Source: Sporopachydermia quercuum (taxonomy: Eukaryota). Taken from it: DNA of 64,000 nt. Numbering within the stretch: position 1 is the stretch's first letter; each line of letters begins with the position of its first letter. The position numbers were made by a program, and so were the translations under genes. The stretch lies in NCBI GenBank assembly GCA_001599295.1, contig BCGN01000003.1, positions 868,001 through 932,000 of the forward strand. The letters are read 5' to 3'. Under the pieces are notes generated by a model. That model saw only the letters and a program-made list of their open reading frames with translations. It ran no database searches and was not told the DNA's origin. Shown here piece after piece: positions 45,360 through 55,726 of this stretch.

Positions 45360-46769
45360 TTAGAAAACAGTCTTCTTACCCTTGAATTCAACTGGAGTGC
45401 TATTGGCACCAGTTGATCTGAAACCACCTCTACCACCATCTCTTCCTCCTCTGCCTCCATCTCTTCCGCCTCTTCCGCCTCTGTTTCCACCTCTTCCACC
45501 TCTACTTCCACCTCTTTGACCACCAAAACTACTTCTGGAGTTATTGTCTCTGGAGGCAGAGTAATCGAGTCTACATGGTCTTCCATTGATGAGTTCACCA
45601 TTCATTCCGTCAAAAGCAGCCGTGGCTTCATCAACGGAACCAAATTGAACATAACCGAAACCCTTAAGTTGTTCAGTATCAGGGTGCGTAGGTAATCTGA
45701 CTGATACAACTGATCCAAATTCTCCGAAGATGTTGAATAATTCGTCTCTATTAGCATTGAAACTCAAGTTTCCAACGAAGAGAGTATCAGAAGGTTCACT
45801 CTTGGCATCCCCGTATGAAGTAGCTCTATCAAAAGCTCTAGAGTTTCCACCAGCAGACTGTGGCTTGGAAGTGGAGATATCTAAGTTAATAGGTCGACCA
45901 TCAATTTCTTTTCCTTGAAGAGTGTCAATGGCTTTTTGAGCACCATCGGCTTCAGCGAAATCAACGTAACCATAACCACGTGACTTTCCATCTCTGTCAT
46001 ATATAACTCTAGATCCAACAACTGTAGCAACATCCTTGAATTCTTCTCCTAACCAAGCGTCATCAACGCCCCAAGATAATCTTCCAACAAACAATGTAGA
46101 TCCTTGCTCTGAAGTCTTAGCAGTCTTTGAAACACCTTCCTCTTCTAAATCAGAAGCAGCCTTTCTCTTTTTTGAAGTTGCTTCAGAGTCAGATTCAGAA
46201 TCAGAGTCGGAATCGGAGTCGGACCCGGACTCGGAATCTGAAGAGTCAGAGGAGTCAGAATCAGAATCAGAATCAGAATCAAGAGATTCTTTCTTTTCTT
46301 CCTTCTTTGAAGACTTCTTCTCGGAATCAGAATCAGAATCAGAATCAGAATCAGAATCAGAATCAGAATCAGAATCAGAATCAGAATCAGAATCAGAATC
46401 AGCATCAGAATCAGAATCAGAATCAGAATCAGAATCAGAATCAGAATCAGAGTCAGAACCAGAGGATTCTTTCTTTTCTTTCTTTACTTCTTTCTTGGGT
46501 TCTAGTTTAGATTCCGACTCGGATTCCGAGTCAGAATCAGAAGAATCAGAAGAACTGGAGCTGCTGGAGTCGGAGTCAGAATCAGAGTCACTAGAGCTGC
46601 CAGAATCAGAATCTTCCTCCTTCATCACTTCCTTAGCCTTAGCTTTCTTGCTTTCTTCCTCGACAGCTTTGGCTAAGACGGCCTTCTTCTTCTTGTCTTC
46701 GCTCTTCGGCTTAGTCTTGGTGGCAGGCTTTGACACCTTTCCAATCTTCTTTGTAGTAGATTTTCCCAT
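45360..46769 (-). CDS. NSR1: Nucleolin-like protein (acidic Ser-Asp region, 2 RRM, RGG tail)
   Basis: [38 protein letters not shown] repeats and C-terminal FKGKKTVF. Confidence 0.95.
   Translation of the reverse strand: MGKSTTKKIGKVSKPATKTKPKSEDKKKKAVLAKAVEEESKKAKAKEVMKEEDSDSGSSSDSDSDSDSSSSSSSDSSDSDSESESESKLEPKKEVKKEKKESSGSDSDSDSDSDSDSDSDSDADSDSDSDSDSDSDSDSDSDSDSDSDSEKKSSKKEEKKESLDSDSDSDSDSSDSSDSESGSDSDSDSDSESDSEATSKKRKAASDLEEEGVSKTAKTSEQGSTLFVGRLSWGVDDAWLGEEFKDVATVVGSRVIYDRDGKSRGYGYVDFAEADGAQKAIDTLQGKEIDGRPINLDISTSKPQSAGGNSRAFDRATSYGDAKSEPSDTLFVGNLSFNANRDELFNIFGEFGSVVSVRLPTHPDTEQLKGFGYVQFGSVDEATAAFDGMNGELINGRPCRLDYSASRDNNSRSSFGGQRGGSRGGRGGNRGGRGGRDGGRGGRDGGRGGFRSTGANSTPVEFKGKKTVF
46327..46446. 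repeat. (TCAGAA)20 hexanucleotide microsatellite encoding poly(Ser-Asp) in NSR1
   Basis: 20 units, one of them the variant TCAGCA; degenerate copies flank it. Confidence 0.95.
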
Positions 46770-46902
46770 TTTTATGTATATGTATATGGCCTTATTCTTG
46801 AATTTTGAATCTAGTGTAATTAAAAACCAAATTTTCAGAATATTTTGTAAGCTCTGGTAGATAAGAATAAGAAGTATAACATGAATTATGTTTCATATAT
46901 AA

Positions 46903-47025
46903 TTGAAAAAATTCTCTAACAATTTGAAAAAATTCTCTTATTATGGAGACCTAATTAGGCAAGAGATTCCAAATCTGAGCATAATTCCTAATTGAAAAAC
47001 TAAAATTTCAAAAGCTAGTCACGTG
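46903..47025. promoter_or_regulatory. NSR1 promoter: duplicated RRPE-like element and Cbf1-type E-box
   Basis: TTGAAAAAATTCTCT at 46903 and 46924; GTCACGTG at 47018. Confidence 0.6.
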
Positions 47026-49231
47026 GAAACAAATATCACATGATATAAAACGTGACCAACCATATCCGAAAAGGATAATTAATTTTTGACTTCTTGTATT
47101 CATAAAATAGAGAGACAACAATCATACTCATAGATCATACTGAACTTGTCTTTGAGTTCGATTAATTACTGCAGAATTAACTCCAGTTGAATGAAGTTCA
47201 GGAGATTGGTTCGGTTTTTAGTTCTGAATTAATATGGTGAATTGATTCACTAAATCATTAAAGAAGTGAGAATGAAGTACATTCTCAGTTCTTATCCTAA
47301 TAACTAACATCCTGCTACATATTCCATCCTTCATACTGTCTACGCACTTCCCATTGAAGATTTACTAGTTGAAGAGATCAATTATTTTCCAACATTTACG
47401 GAGAAATAAACAATATTTGTTGAGTACTTCATGAGTCATAAACTTCATAATAAAGCAATTGGCCTATACATTTTCTCCACCCTACTTTTCAAGTGGGAAT
47501 ATTCCGTACATCATAAATCTTATACCATTTACATGTATTCGACATCCTTCTTACTCAATCAGCATAACTTTCACATGCATCATTGCCCAAATTTTGGTGA
47601 TGAGGGAAAGCCATTACATACTACAATTGTTTGATCAGAATTCAACAAATTTATGACATCAAAATCTGAATAATCAAACTACCATATTCTTTACTCTTTT
47701 CAACATTACAGCATATTATTATTCTCTATTCACTTCACCATGAAAATCCACATCTTTGCTTCGAAGGTTCAAGAAGGCAGGCCATTTGACTATATCCCCT
47801 ACATTTAAAGTTGAAATATCCGAAATTAAGGTTGTACTGATTAAATTGTGTTGGTTATTACAAGCGATCTCATCACATCTCAAATCAGTCACTTAGTTAG
47901 CATCAGGAACAGGAAGAAGAGACTTCAAGGAACGATTTGAAGAAAAGGATATTGGGATATTGTTGTCAGAACCCCGGAGGTACTTTGGAAATTCACTACC
48001 TAGTTAATTCTATTCTACTCATTATAAGTTGATTATTCTATCTTCAAATATAATACTAGTATGATCTCATAAGTTCTCTTAGCTATAGGGGATGAAAATG
48101 GTATATACGGTTAGCAATTGTTTGGACCCTTGATTATGTGAATTGTAGACCTAGTTAGATATATAAAACCTCAGATTTGACAACCTATAGTCGATATAGG
48201 CTGTAAATCATCAAAATTACAGCATTACATGTGGGAAGATATTAGTAAATTGTTGGCAAAAAAAAATTCTACCCTTGTTGCTATTCAATCGCTCTAACCA
48301 TGGCTTTCTTCCCCCAGTTGATAAACCGAACTAATAACTTAACACCAGGAATTATTTATTCACTTATTAACCGAACAAGGCTTTGTTGGTTCTTATTAGT
48401 GATGAAACAGTCCATGTTTCACTACAACGCCTTGCGTATGACTACTTTCTTATAAAGTTTCTTCTCAAAGGCACTCACATATTAGCTCGGTATGCACTCA
48501 TTCAATAGCGATACGTACGTACCATTTTTGAAAGGGGATACGATACTTCTGGGTAAATAAAAACGAGTTTGGTAGTGAAAAACTGGCGAGTGTCAGTCAA
48601 GTCTTGAATGATAGGAAGAGTTCTTTTAATCATATATAAAGAACCAAAAGGTAGTCTCAGAATAAAGAGAAACAAGTTATTTAAACGTTTTTATTGTTAT
48701 CTCAGTCTCAATTGTTACATAAAGACAGTCGAGTTGTATGTAGTTCGTACGTTTTGTTGGTATCAGCTTACGAAGTTTGATCTTTGTCTACAATTAAGCA
48801 AACAAGTATATCACGCATAATAAAGCGCACCTTGAACAACCACTAAACAACAACAAAACCAAGAAATAAACAGCAGTTTTATTTTATTGATCTTACAAAC
48901 TCGATACATCTTTACTAGAACATCGATCAGTAATCACCACTGGATCCCACAAATCTAGAGATTAGAGTTTGCTCATCTTTTTATTCATAATCTCATCTGT
49001 ATAACGAAGAAGCTCATCGCATCTCAACTGCAAGAGTATTTGTAAAGCGGGGGTAGTGTCATCACATTGACTATCATCATTGAACAACAGATACAATTAT
49101 ATTGATCGATAAGATTAACAGGGAGGAGGATAAACTTGCTCTTGTTGATATCAAAGAAAAAGAAATTGAAAAGAAGAGTAATTAATTCAAATCAGAAAGA
49201 ATTCTACTTTATTATTACCAATTTACACAAG

Positions 49232-51172
49232 ATGTCATTGAATGCAAAGATCGAGAGGTTTGCACCTCCGTCAAGAGCAGCATCTCCACCACCATCATTT
49301 GAATTATTCAACAACAAAACCAGAGCTTTTGTTTATGGTATGCAACCAAAGGCCTGTCAAGGAATGCTTGATTTTGATTTCATTTGTGGAAGAAGTAAAC
49401 CATCTGTTGCTGGTGTTATTTATCCATTTGGAGGTCAATTTGTTACGAAGATGTATTGGGGTACAAAGGAAACGTTATTACCTGTATATCAATCAGTACA
49501 GAAGGCAATGGAATCTCACCCTGAGGTTGACGTTGTGGTAAACTTTGCTTCGTCGAGATCTGTCTATTCATCTACCTTGGAATTGATGGAGTATCCTCAA
49601 ATTAAGACTATTGCCATTATTGCTGAAGGTGTGCCTGAAAGACGAGCTCGTGAAATTATGCATATTTCTAAGAAAAAGGGAATCGTCATAATTGGACCAG
49701 CTACTGTTGGTGGTATTAAGCCTGGATGCTTCAAAATTGGTAATACAGGTGGTATGATGGATAACATTGTTGCTTCTAAGCTGTATAGACCAGGTTCCGT
49801 TGCTTATGTCTCCAAATCTGGTGGTATGTCTAATGAATTAAATAATATCATTGCACATAATACCGATGGTGTATACGAAGGAATTGCCATTGGTGGTGAT
49901 AGATATCCAGGTACTTCATTTATTGATCATATCCTGAGATTTGAACAAGATCCAAACTGTAAAATCATTGTTCTTCTTGGTGAAGTTGGCGGTGTTGAAG
50001 AATACAGAGTCATTGAAGCTGTTAAGAAAGGTGAAATAACCAAACCAATCGTTGCTTGGGCTATTGGTATTTGCGCATCTATGTTCAAGACTGAAGTTCA
50101 ATTTGGTCATGCTGGTTCTATGGCCAACTCTGATTTAGAAACAGCCAAAGCTAAGAACGCAGCTATGAGAGCCGCTGGATTTTATGTTCCTGATACATTT
50201 GAAGAAATGCCTGAACTTTTGGCAGATGTTTATAACAAAATGGTTAGAAGTGGAGAGATTGTTCCTAAGCCTGAACAAGAACCTCCTAAGATCCCTATGG
50301 ATTATGCTTGGGCTCAACAACTTGGTTTGGTTAGAAAACCTGCCGCATTCATTTCCACAATTTCCGATGACCGAGGTCAAGAACTTCTTTATGCCGGTAT
50401 GCCCATTTCCGACGTTTTCAAGGAGGACATTGGAATTGGTGGTGTCATGTCTTTACTATGGTTTAAGAGAAGATTACCGTCATATGCTACTAAGTTCTTG
50501 GAAATGGTTCTCATGCTCACAGCTGATCACGGTCCAGCAGTATCTGGTGCAATGAACACTATTGTAACTACAAGAGCTGGTAAGGATTTGATCTCATCTT
50601 TGGTGTCTGGTTTACTGACTATTGGTGACCGATTTGGTGGTGCTCTGGATGGTGCTGCTTTTGAATTTTCAAATGCTCACGATAAGGGACTATCACCTAG
50701 AGAGTTTGTTGATAGTATGAGGATGAAAAATAAATTGATTCCAGGTATTGGTCACAGAGTTAAATCCAGAAATAATCCCGATTACAGAGTTGAGTTGGTT
50801 AAAGAATATGTTTTTAACAATTTTCCTTCTACAGAGTTATTAGATTATGCTCTTGCTGTTGAAACCGTTACGACATCTAAGAAAGATTCCTTGATTTTGA
50901 ATGTTGATGGTTGTGTGGCTGTGTGTTTTGTTGATCTTCTGAGATCCTGTGGTGCATTTACTCCTGAGGAAGTCGAAGAATACTTGAATAACGGTGTTCT
51001 CAATGCATTGTTTGTTCTAGGTAGATCAATTGGTTTGATTGGTCACCACCTGGATCAAAAACGTTTGAAGAGTGGATTGTATAGACATCCTTGGGATGAT
51101 ATCACTTATATGCTTCCTGACCTGGACAAGGTCAATGTCAATGCCCGTGTTGAAGTTCGTGCTCCTAAATAA
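49232..51172 (+). CDS. ACL1: ATP-citrate lyase subunit 1 (SCS-alpha-like plus citrate-synthase-like domains)
   Basis: [60 protein letters not shown] and LYRHPWDDI. First ATG is at 49232. Confidence 0.96.
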   Translation: MSLNAKIERFAPPSRAASPPPSFELFNNKTRAFVYGMQPKACQGMLDFDFICGRSKPSVAGVIYPFGGQFVTKMYWGTKETLLPVYQSVQKAMESHPEVDVVVNFASSRSVYSSTLELMEYPQIKTIAIIAEGVPERRAREIMHISKKKGIVIIGPATVGGIKPGCFKIGNTGGMMDNIVASKLYRPGSVAYVSKSGGMSNELNNIIAHNTDGVYEGIAIGGDRYPGTSFIDHILRFEQDPNCKIIVLLGEVGGVEEYRVIEAVKKGEITKPIVAWAIGICASMFKTEVQFGHAGSMANSDLETAKAKNAAMRAAGFYVPDTFEEMPELLADVYNKMVRSGEIVPKPEQEPPKIPMDYAWAQQLGLVRKPAAFISTISDDRGQELLYAGMPISDVFKEDIGIGGVMSLLWFKRRLPSYATKFLEMVLMLTADHGPAVSGAMNTIVTTRAGKDLISSLVSGLLTIGDRFGGALDGAAFEFSNAHDKGLSPREFVDSMRMKNKLIPGIGHRVKSRNNPDYRVELVKEYVFNNFPSTELLDYALAVETVTTSKKDSLILNVDGCVAVCFVDLLRSCGAFTPEEVEEYLNNGVLNALFVLGRSIGLIGHHLDQKRLKSGLYRHPWDDITYMLPDLDKVNVNARVEVRAPK

Positions 51173-51374
51173 TCTAATATCCTCAAATCTTTCACAAAAC
51201 CTAATGGCTAGAGAAATCATTAATCTTATTTTCATGTTATAAATCAACTTTTTTAGCAATTTATGTTGTACATTATATCGTGGAGGTAATCGTAAAAGTT
51301 CTATCTTACATTAAACAAAAATAGTAATTATGCCCGATGATACATTAATGCCTACTCACTTGTAACTATTGCAA

Positions 51375-52367
51375 CTATGAAGAGTTGCGCCAAACTCGTT
51401 CCAACCCCTTTTTGCATAACTCTGCATTGTATTCAACAATATCCATTTTCATCTTATCACTTTTCCTGACTAAACCTACCAGAGCTAATCCTCTAATCAT
51501 TTGCTTTAAAAATAAGACAACGCCATTCTGTAGAGTTGATATACATGCAAGACCCCCATTAATCAAAACTTCATCATTTGAACCTGACCCATCTCCAGCT
51601 CCTTTATAAATTGAATTCAAATCTACTGTAACGTCGATAAATTCTGCACATACTTCATAAGTTTGAATATCAATTGGACTTGAATCTGTTGCAACATAGA
51701 TCTTTGAGTTTATATCAAATAAGAAAACTTTCTCTATGCCTGAATGTTGAACAAGCAGGTTTAACATATTCTCTAAACTTGGAAGTTCCGGTATTAGCTT
51801 TTGCACTATTCTTGAAAATGCTTCATATATAGAGTGGTCGAAGATCGACGTCAGATGAAATGAAATCTGAATACCATCCAGCCCGAGATCTAAGAGTTCA
51901 TCTGATGTTCTTTGCATAATGTCTCTTTGAGTATCTAACCGAAAGTCTTCGCTGAGACCGTCAACTTTATGAATCAAAATCTCTATATTGATATTTGGGT
52001 TGATTTTTACAGCGTACTCAATGATCATTGCCAGATTGGTGATAGCATTGGAATACTCATCTTGACTATCAATGACATAAACCAAAGCTCCCACCGATGC
52101 AAATAAACGATCAGAATCATATGTAGGCTCAAAATAATTCATTTGGCCCGGTAGTTCCATTACTGCTAAATCAATTAGCGATGAAAAATGCTCAGTAGTA
52201 GGTTTCGATGTTGATTCTAAGTACAGGGTATCTAGTGGTTGCATATTGTGAAAAACTACCTTACATATCGATGACTTTCCTGATCTTCTGAACCCCATTA
52301 CCAGTATCATTGCATTGTTGTTATTTTGACCCCCATCGATGGAGTCATAAGTCACTATATCAGTCAT
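51375..52367 (-). CDS. GTR2: Rag-family GTPase RagC/D
   Basis: MGFRRSGKSSICKVVFHNMQPLDTLYLEST, ELPGQ, IHKVDGLSED and TSIFDHSIYEAFS. First ATG is at 52367. Confidence 0.96.
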   Translation of the reverse strand: MTDIVTYDSIDGGQNNNNAMILVMGFRRSGKSSICKVVFHNMQPLDTLYLESTSKPTTEHFSSLIDLAVMELPGQMNYFEPTYDSDRLFASVGALVYVIDSQDEYSNAITNLAMIIEYAVKINPNINIEILIHKVDGLSEDFRLDTQRDIMQRTSDELLDLGLDGIQISFHLTSIFDHSIYEAFSRIVQKLIPELPSLENMLNLLVQHSGIEKVFLFDINSKIYVATDSSPIDIQTYEVCAEFIDVTVDLNSIYKGAGDGSGSNDEVLINGGLACISTLQNGVVLFLKQMIRGLALVGLVRKSDKMKMDIVEYNAELCKKGLERVWRNSS

Positions 52368-53196
52368 AATCAAGATTCAATGTTGGTTCCTATGTTCGTT
52401 CTGGCAGTGTAATAACACTGTGATTGGTGGTGAATGTATATCTCAGAGCTAACGAGACTGTTTGAAAGACTGCGATATCCAATTGAATTCTACAAAAAAC
52501 TTGTATCCTCTACTATAGAACGATACTTCTGTATTCAAAGCATCAATAAGTTGTGATAAGACACTTCTATCTACCTTCAGTCTCTTATTAATAGTCAAAA
52601 CTTCTTTCTGTTCTGTTAGGACTAACAGTACTTTCAATACTATAGAACACGGGCAAAACTATCAAAGTAGCTACAAGTTGGAACAAAATGCAAAACCAGT
52701 TTGCCAGTTGTTTGATCAGAGTTCACCTCTATTCAGCATTTGTTTAAAACAAAACAATGCCAATTCAGGCGTCTTCCTCTCTATTCTTCGAATCTAACCG
52801 TTGGAACGTAATGGAGTACCTTCGTATACACTCCATTCCATACAATCCCAATCCTGTCCTCTGGTATCATTACAATTGTCCGGCGCTGTTTATGCCTTGT
52901 GTCCTTAAACTTAGTTTAGGTTTGAGGGTGTAAGAACACAAAACTTCCCTGAAAGGAGATGCGATGATTCAGCATAGATTCGTAAAAGGATAATCACAAT
53001 TGATCACAGAAAATTGATTACAATGAGAATACTACATTGGAAATGCTTGATCAGATATAAATTAGGGCTACATTTGAGTGATAGATAGCTGAAATGAAAT
53101 TATATGCATAGAATTTCCGTTGAAAGAAGAAAACGTGGTTGTAGAGGAAACCAACAGGTTAAAAGGTCCGGTTGGTTTTCTTACTGATGCGTGTCC

Positions 53197-53897
53197 ATGA
53201 TGAAGTATAAAGATTATCGGTTAGATGTATTAAGACAGGGTTCTAGTATTGTGAAGTTTACTATATCGAATAGACCAAAAGATGGGAAACAGGAAAAGAA
53301 ATGGATCTCATATTTAATTTTAATTGTAATTGCTAAGACACTGAGTGGATTGATACTAGCTTTGTTTTTGCTTGAGCAATTGACACAAGTTGGTGTTCTT
53401 GGAGTCACCAACACAAAAGGGCGGTTAGTGAAGTTATTAATCACAAGTGGATGTATTTTAATTCTGTTGAAAAGAGTACATGAAGGTAAGTTTTTTTTAG
53501 TTGTTATTTTGGAAATACAAGAGCTATAGTTGTTATAGAAGTTGGCTGGTCTTGGCTGATAACATTGAAATGATGTTCTAACAATTAAAAAGAAGAGCAT
53601 TTGTTAGTCATTCAAGGAATTGGCATACAGACCTACTCAGCTTCTCCATACTACCTTTTTTCATCAACAAAATTGATACCAGCAAAAGAAATCATTGACA
53701 TAATACTGCATGAAGGTTTCAAGGGGATGCAAGTTATTTTCTATCTAGGAGTTCTCACAAACAATCCAGAATCAATGGTTGTAGTATTTCCGCGGTTTCT
53801 TCCTCGAAGACCACAGCTTGAAGCTATATGGAGAGGTTCAAGACAGTGTTTGTTTGAAAATCATCCCAGTAAATTGATGATACCAGATTTTGAGTAA
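53197..53897 (+). CDS. GPI15: GPI-GlcNAc transferase subunit PIG-H; 2 exons: 53197-53485, 53593 (or 53596)-53897
   Basis: Two TM segments in exon 1. Intron GTAAGT (53486)..TTCTAAC..AAG. The join gives EEHLLVIQGIGIQ...IP---I-DIILHEGF---QVIFYL...VVFP-FLPRR--LE-IWR. Confidence 0.88.
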
Positions 53898-54299
53898 AAG
53901 CCTTTCTACAGCAAACAATTTGAGAGTGTATTACCTTTCACGAATTTACAACTACATCAACATTATCACAGCCCAATATTATTCATTTCAATCTACATCA
54001 ACTCTTTGAAAGTCTCTTTGGAGATTTATTCTCGTTTGACTTAGAACAAATTGTACTATAGTTTATACATATATACAAACAACAAGAATACTTTTGTTGA
54101 CTTATTGACAGTTTCGTTGGCCATTTTTAGAGAACCCGTATTCGTGCTACTTCTGCAATCTGAATTTCTTAATGGTGAAATTCCAAAACAACCTAATCAT
54201 CTCGAAAATTGCAACCGTCAAACATGATTATAATCTTTCAGAATATAAAAATAAATAAATCCAAAAAAGAAAAATTTAATGAGAAAGAAAAAGAAAGAA

Positions 54300-54385
54300 A
54301 GGTCGTACCCGGGATCGAACCGGGGTTACCAGAAGATTTTTGATTCAATCAAAATCTGGAGTGATAGCCACTACACTATACAACC
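54300..54385 (-). tRNA. tRNA-Gln (TTG) with 14-nt intron (54348-54335)
   Basis: GGTTGTATAGTGTAGTGGCTATCACT-CCAGA-TT-TTG-A-[TTGAATCAAAAATC]-T-TCTGG-TAACCCCGGTTCGATCCCGGGTACGACCT, with T-runs downstream. Confidence 0.95.
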
Positions 54386-54608
54386 TGTTGTGACTTGTTA
54401 CTGTCTGATCATACATCATTCAGTAAAATAAAATGAATTTTAAGAAAAATTGAAGAATTGTATTAGAATTCTTACTCTTTTTCCTTCTTCTCCTTCTTCT
54501 TCTTATTAATTAGAAAGAGAAGAATGAGAGTAAATAATCAGCGAAGTAAATAGTATATATATATAAAAGGTACAAATAGAAATATAGATAGATGTGAAAT
54601 GCCAATGT

Positions 54609-54628
54609 GTCACGTGAAAGGTCACGTG
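54609..54628. promoter_or_regulatory. Tandem Cbf1-type E-boxes (GTCACGTG x2)
   Basis: GTCACGTG at 54609 and 54621, with TGACTCA at 54664, upstream of the structured element. Confidence 0.55.
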
Positions 54629-54710
54629 GTTTAGTAATAAGTAATGCATAGCTGGTTGTTACATGACTCAATCAATGTCTAATTTATTGAGTACACTAAA
54701 TACAAATTCA

Positions 54711-54992
54711 AAACTTGAGCTTCCCTAAAGTTTCTGCAAGGTTTCGGATAAACTCATACGAGCAGCGTCTGACTTTGCGTTCGTGATGCCGAAGGAAGTG
54801 CTATATTGGTTTATAATATTATTACTTTTATTATTATTTCTATTTATGGCAGTTAGTTGTTATCGTGACTAACTGACCGATCTTACATTGAGTCCCGAGG
54901 AAATTCATGGCCGCTCGGGATTATCCATTTGATCTCGAAATGTAAAGGCGGGTGCTATGGTATATATAGGTCAAACTATATAATAAACAAGG
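54711..54992 (+). ncRNA. Candidate structured non-coding RNA (possibly a large H/ACA-type RNA), unidentified
   Basis: Multiple nested stems whose G-U pairs favour the + strand; ANANNA (ATAATA 54813) and ACA (54987); no ORF. Confidence 0.45.
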
Positions 54993-55086
54993 CTTTACCA
55001 ACTTTCACCTTCTTATTTATTCATTTTATATATTTATGTAGACTTTTAGAAAGCAAGTAACGCAAGCCGGATAAAAGCTAATCAAA

Positions 55087-55207
55087 AGATGTCCTCTATT
55101 ATATCACGTAGCTAAACCATATACAAAAGAATCAGAGATAGCGCTGCGCATAGCAAAGTTTATCCTGCTACATGCAATTGTATGCAGGATATTCCCTTGC
55201 GCATCAA
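55087..55207 (-). ncRNA. Candidate H/ACA snoRNA (snR8-like pocket)
   Basis: TGCGCA lower stem, internal loop AGGGA/CTTTG, upper stem TATCCTGC/GCAGGATA; a second hairpin TCTCT/AGAGG followed by ACA plus 3 nt. No canonical H box on this strand. Confidence 0.35.
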
Positions 55208-55726
55208 ACACATTAAAAAGAATAATTACATGTCATGCAAGAAGCTGCGCACTATGCACAAAGACATATTCAATATACATGTACGTTACAGAGCCAAAAG
55301 GTATGATATANTAAAATCGAGTCAATTCATGTAGTTTCATCTAAGTTTTTTTTTCAATATGAGAAATTTATTACAATTTTGTTAACTGTTGATACTTTTC
55401 TGAGGAGCAACTGAGTAGTTATACTGATGAGGAGTTAGAAGTACGTTGATTCTTAAGAAAGAGTAATCATTTGTTCTGCAAATTGCTATTGATGCTGGGA
55501 ATTTGCTACTGTTAGAGGAAATATGATCGGACACTCGTCTATGGCCCGAACGACGTTATAAGAGAACTTACAAAAAGCATTAATGGGTTGTTGGTTTTGA
55601 TCAACCGGTAACAAAAGGGATTGAGAAAGTAACTGCATTAGGAGTTGATCAGTATTCCATAATTGAAATTTTTAGCACCAATTTCGTATTGGTATCTGAG
55701 CAAATCAAAGGAGATCAAGTTTGATT

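Noticed and set aside
46036..46860. Long ORFs encoding poly-(ES), poly-(NQ) and poly-(IL)
   Set aside because: They are alternative frames and the antisense strand of the NSR1 TCAGAA microsatellite.
55114..55197. snR30/U17 motifs AAACCAT and ATATTCC
   Set aside because: They are in the wrong order and not on opposite sides of one hairpin.
55441..55641. Possible BMT5 5'-UTR intron (GTACGT...TAG)
   Set aside because: No credible branchpoint; only AGTAAC is present.
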